This document shows, in pieces, positions 59,008-64,000 of a stretch of 64,000 nucleotides of DNA. The notes beneath the pieces were generated by a model. The model saw only the letters and a program-made list of their open reading frames with translations, had not been told where the DNA came from and ran no database searches. The stretch is from assembly GCF_009914755.1 (NCBI RefSeq), contig NC_060942.1; one strand, given 5' to 3'. Both the position numbers and the translations under genes were made by a program. Numbering within the stretch: the first letter of the stretch is position 1; every line of letters begins with the position of its first letter. This DNA comes from the human T2T-CHM13v2.0 reference genome, Homo sapiens.

Positions 59008-61059
59008 GCAGTGCCACTCATTCTCACAGGTGAACGAAAGACTGTAAGCCCCTGTAGAGACCCTTCTCCTTCCCCTAAGACTGAAGGGGCTAGAGCAGTC
59101 TGGACTTTTATGAGTTTTCAAAACTGACCCCCAAAGGCTCCCTGCCTGAACAACATACCACACTAAAAAGACACTGCTGGGAGTGAAAGCAAAATTTGGC
59201 AGATAAGCAAAATAGAGAGAAAAGAAGATTATCCACATAAAATGAGGGAGATAACCAGGCCAAGGAATTTCAGAAAGCAAGCTGCCATAAATCAACAATG
59301 AACAAAAATAATAAAAAAGAGAGAGAGGGAGTTCTGTGTGGTTGCAAACACTATGTGAACCCAATCTCTTTTTAAATATTTAGGGAAGCTTAAATTTAAA
59401 GTACTTAAATTTACAGAAGAAATATTTAGGGAAACTTAAAGTACTTAAATTTAAAGTACTTAAATTTACAGAAGAAAAGATTGAAGTCCAATTCCATTTG
59501 AAGTTTTTCTAAGAACAAAGAAAAGAAGATAACAAACAATATGAATCTCAGGTAAGGGGAAATATGTACTTAAGGAAAAAAATCAAAACATAAGTACTAC
59601 TTCAAAGCAAACTAAAGAAATTAAGAAAAATAAAACACGGAAAATATTATCTTCAATTCAAGCAATGCTCATTATCAATTAATATGTGTAGCCATTTTAT
59701 GAGATCATTGGAGAAGAAAAATAAACATGATAAAAATTCCAGCTTCCAGGACCTGACAGGCACATGAGGAAGGACATTAAAAAATCACTCAGTCACAAGA
59801 CTTTAAAAAAAAATAAATGAAACCTGACATTAGCAAGCTTTCAGTTAAAAGCCACCCACCCCCCCAAAAAAATTCACCATTGACCAAATCCTCAATCACT
59901 TTGTAAGTTTTACTTGGGAGAATTCCAAACTAATTTGGAATTTCCAAACTAATTGTAAATTTTAGTTTACAATTTTCTAGCAAGTCTCAAATAAAACCAG
60001 AGATCAAGTGCTAATCAAGCTGAGTAAATTATTCTGTGGGGAGAGGGAGGTTAAGAGTAAAACAGTGTACATTTTGAATGAAATGTTTCAAATCCAGTAT
60101 GACTAAGTCACAGTAGGGATGACATATTTTCAGTCATTTCAGGTCATCACATTCACGGGTGGAAGAACTGGAGACCCTTGTGAATGAGGAAATACAGAAG
60201 CAAGGTGTGGAGCGCCACAGGGGACAGGGAACATGGCCTCCTTTCCCAAGCAGCAGATGGCTGACCTCTTTGCCTGCTTTTGCTTTGCTTCTTTTCTTCA
60301 ATTTTTCCTGACAGGGAGATGCCCAGCACTGGGTTTACTAGCTTCCCTTGTTCTCTATCTTCTTCTTACTCTTATCCCATCACAGGCAATTGCAAGGGCC
60401 TGGCCTGCCAAGGATGCTGGCTCAACTATGGAGACCTGCCCTAATATTTTCTTACAGGTCAAAGAGCTGTAGTTAAATATTCAGTTAATCTATGCCAAAT
60501 TTCCTTTTTTCTGATAATTCCAGTTTGATCAGGGGACTCAGATCCATTTTCCTTCCCAGGACAAAGCTCCTACTTTCTATCCCAAACTGCATAAGTTGGG
60601 TCTGTCTGCTCTCTGTGAGTGCTGGCTTGCCTGATACTAAAGCCCTGTAACACAAAGACTACTCTTGCTCCTGCCAATGCCCCTACAGTACTCTGACTCA
60701 GCCCTATTTGTAGCTGCCTCCACACTTTTCAGGGTGTTGTCTGCTCTTTGATTCTCAGGGGTCAGGCTCCAGTCGCCAATACCAATATTCCATTATTTGT
60801 TGTTTGACCTCCTTGAAACTACTGACTACTTGTCTGGGCCACACACTTTTTGGATACCAAGCTAATCTGCCTGGTGGACATTTTTGCCATTATACACATC
60901 TTGCGCCATCCACCAACATTTTCCCTGCCTTAAACAGCATGATGGATTTTGTGGTCCTACGTTTTGTCATCTGCCCTAAGCTGATGGTGAACATTTACAA
61001 GCTAGAGCAAGTCAGGACCTATCCTTGGCTTCCCATTCTCTCACACCCACATCCAACCC

Positions 61060-62225
61060 ACCAGTAACCTCTGTCAATCTTCAAAACATGTACCACATGT
61101 CACTCCTCCTCTGCCACTCACAGCTGCTCTTCTAGCCTCAACCACAATCATCCTTCACCTGGACTGTGAGCATAGGATTCTGCTTTCACTTTTGACTCCT
61201 ACAGTCTAGTCCCCATCCAGTAGCCAGAGTGATGGCTTTTACCAAACATGATTATATCATTCCTGTGCTCAAGACATCCCTATAGCTTCAATCATATCAT
61301 AATAAAATTCAGAATCTTCACCACAGCCTCTGAGGCTGTACATGATCTATCCCCTTAGGTCTGTCTGGGTTTATCTTCCAATACTCTGGGCCCCATTCAT
61401 GCACCACTGACATCACACTGGCCTCTTTGCATGTCCTCAAAAACCCAATCTTCTTTCTGCTTCAGTGATGTGAAACTACTGATCCCTTACCTGGAGCATA
61501 TCCCTCAACATTCACATCACTTCTGATACGGTCTGCCTCTGTGTCCCCACCCAAATCTCATCTGGAATTGTAATCCCCATAATCCTCACGTTTTGAGGGA
61601 GGCACCTAGTGGGACGTGATTGGATCATGGGGATGGTTCCTCCAGGCAGTTTTCATGATAGTGAATTCTCACGAGATATGATGGTTTTATTAGTGTTTGA
61701 CAGTTCCTCCTTCACACACTCTCTCTCTTTTGCCTGCTGCCATACTTGCTTGCCTTTCAACTTCTCCACGATTGCAAGTTTTCTGAGGCTTCCTCAGCCA
61801 TGCAGAACTGTGAGTGCATTAAACCTCTTTCTTTTACAAATTATCCAGTCTCAGGTATTTACTTACAGCTGTGTGAGAATGGACCAATGCAACTTCCTTT
61901 CTTTCTTTGCATTTTGCTCAATTACTGCTTTCCCCACAGATGCCTTCCCTGACTACCTTATCTAAAATAACCACACTACATGTACACACACCTCCAACAA
62001 GCACTCCTGATACCCTTCCTTTGTTTATTTTTCCTCATGGTACTTTTTACCATTTGACATTAGTTTATGTTTTTATTTTCTAATTGGTTTATTGTTTATC
62101 TCTCCTACTATGATGTAAAATTTATGAATAAAGGGACTGTTTTCTTTTTCTTACTGCTACATCTTCAGTTATAGAACAGCATTTAACACATAGTAAGTAT
62201 TCTATAAAAAGCTTATTTAATTAAC
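61060..62225 (+). mobile_element. L2a 3' region, split by THE1/MST LTR
   Basis: cagtagccagagtgatggctttt...cctcaacattcacatc|...|cttccctgactaccttatctaaaat...atttaacacatagtaagtattc. Confidence 0.75.
61524..61891 (+). mobile_element. THE1D/MSTA-type MaLR solo LTR
   Basis: tgatacggtctgcctctgtgtccccacccaaatctcatctggaattgtaatcccc...gtgtgagaatggaccaatgca; perfect 5-bp TSD acttc 61519-61523 / 61892-61896. Confidence 0.88.
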
Positions 62226-62779
62226 GTGGGATGAGGCTGAACCAGAAGAATGAAGTGGATACATTCACCTATAATAGGAAAATGGGGCTAAACTCAGTAA
62301 GACCAACATATTCAATGTTTCAACCAAGGACGGATGTGGTCAGCCTCAGGAATAAAATTGACAAAGCTTGCCCTCTTCAGTTAAAAATTCCAGGCAATAC
62401 TCTAACATATATATAGCTCTTCCCTAGATCTTTTCAACATCTCTAATTTCTAAGCTGTGCTCAACACGCTGAAGCCTACCCTCTCTTGTCTTCCCTGGTG
62501 TGTCCTACTGATGATCCTTGAGATCTCTTATAAGTTGCCTGATACCTCTAAGCTCTTCATTGATTAAAAAAAAAGGAATATTTATAGACTCTAACTTACA
62601 AGTTGGCGGTTGGTGACAGAATGAAATGAGATAATATATGCTAAATATTAGCACATTGTTGGCCAAAAGTGAAGCTAAGTATTACAATCTCTCTTTGCTC
62701 CCCCTTCTCTCACATAGTGAAAAATAGGATGTAGTTCAGTGTTTTTCTGACTACCTAATTAAAGCAACAATGAAAGTAT

Positions 62780-62990
62780 TAACAATTATCGTAGTGCTAA
62801 TCACAAATTATTGATCATATATTATGTGAAAGGGGCAGATACATGATATCTCAAATATCACCCAGAAAATATTTGCAGATTAGCATTATTGGCCTAATTT
62901 CATGATAAGTAAATTGAATGCTGGAGAAGTTTAATTCCTTGTTCAAAGCTATAAGTTGGTAATTAGACAAATAAGTATTTCAACATAACA
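62780..62990 (-). mobile_element. MIR remnant
   Basis: gcagattagcattattggcctaatttcatgataagtaaattgaatgctggagaagtttaattccttgttcaaagct. Confidence 0.55.
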
Positions 62991-63559
62991 AAAGATTCCA
63001 TATTTCTTTTATTAAATTTAATAGGGTAGCAACATTTCAAAAGAAAATCAGGATACAGACATTTGTACTATTTGAATTTTCAAAATTCTTTCACAATAAT
63101 TTCTTTATTTAATAATACATCACCATATCACCTTTCTCCACTGATAAACAAAATATATAGTCAGAGTAGTTTAAATGTTAGCCATCTCTCTCTCAAGCTA
63201 AACCTTAGAAAGGGGCTAAACTTACAGAACCCAAAAGAAAAGTGAAAACAATGACTTGGGAGATAATATGAATTAGCTTACTGCAGAGAAGACTTTTTTA
63301 AACATCAAAAAGTGAATTAAAAACTGCAGCTCTTATACAACTTTGCTCCAATTTTATTAGATTGCTTGATCTTTTATATATTAGATGACAGTAAGGCCTA
63401 AAGGAGTATATCGAGGGTACTAAATAAAAAGGAAAAAAACCCAGTCTGATAATGATTAACAAATGAATTTTCCTTTGCCTGAGCAGCTCTTATCTCCAAA
63501 GATCTCCCAAGTTAGGGTCTCTTACTCTTTCCCCACATGTCATATCCCTATCCCAATTT

Positions 63560-64000
63560 CATCACAGATGAGATGATTAGTATAACTAAAAGACAGGCCA
63601 AAAGAAATTATCCAATTGGAATAATAGAAGGAATAAGGTTTGAAAATACTAACCAAATGGTATAACATGCATGTAACTGTATAGCTGGAATGGGAAGATT
63701 GGGAAAAAGGGACAGACAATATTTGAATTAAAAAACCTGAAAATTTCCCGAATTTGGTGGAAAACATTAACTTATGGATCCAAAAACTAAATGAATTTCA
63801 AACATAATAAATACAAAGAAAACCACAGCTAGCACAAGAGTCAAACTTCTGACACCACAAATAAAGAGAAAACCTTGAAACGAGACAAAAATAAAGGACA
63901 CCTTACATATAAGGGAACAATGACAAAAATAATAGCTGATGTCTCATCAGAAATAATAGAGGTCAGAATAAATTTAAATGACAGTTAAAGTGCTGAAAAT
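63560..64000 (+). mobile_element. Old L1M ORF1-region fragment running off the window
   Basis: ctgaaaatttcccgaatttggtggaaaacattaactta...ataaagagaaaaccttgaaa...gctgatgtctcatcagaaataatagaggtcagaa. Confidence 0.75.

Overview
Eukaryotic, not microbial: AT-rich catarrhine primate (human-like) genomic DNA, mostly transposable elements. I find no supportable intact protein-coding gene, RNA gene or CRISPR array. The main structure is a ~24 kb nested insertion stack with all target-site duplications (TSDs) still readable. An MLT1 LTR is split by a full-length L1PB1-type LINE. That LINE carries (a) a two-LTR HERV-W/HERV17 provirus (7661-18390), itself interrupted by a 5'-truncated L1PA, and (b) a full-length L1PA5/6-type LINE (20716-26784). 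The rest is Alu, L2, MIR, old L1M, MaLR/MER4 LTRs, DNA transposons and simple repeats. The most interesting signals are traces of DNA repair and recombination: two perfectly identical tracts (284 and 214 bp) shared by the otherwise diverged L1PA copies 14.1 kb apart, including a shared frameshift and stop (gene conversion); a 44-bp insert in L1PB1 apparently templated from sequence 8 kb away; a 273-bp spaced duplication that preserves the empty site of an AluY; a tailless L1 fragment with filler DNA; a double microhomology deletion in HERV-W pol/env; and loss of the proviral poly(A) signal. I see no evidence for a new functional gene system. Repeat subfamily names come from recalled consensus sequences, not from a database search.
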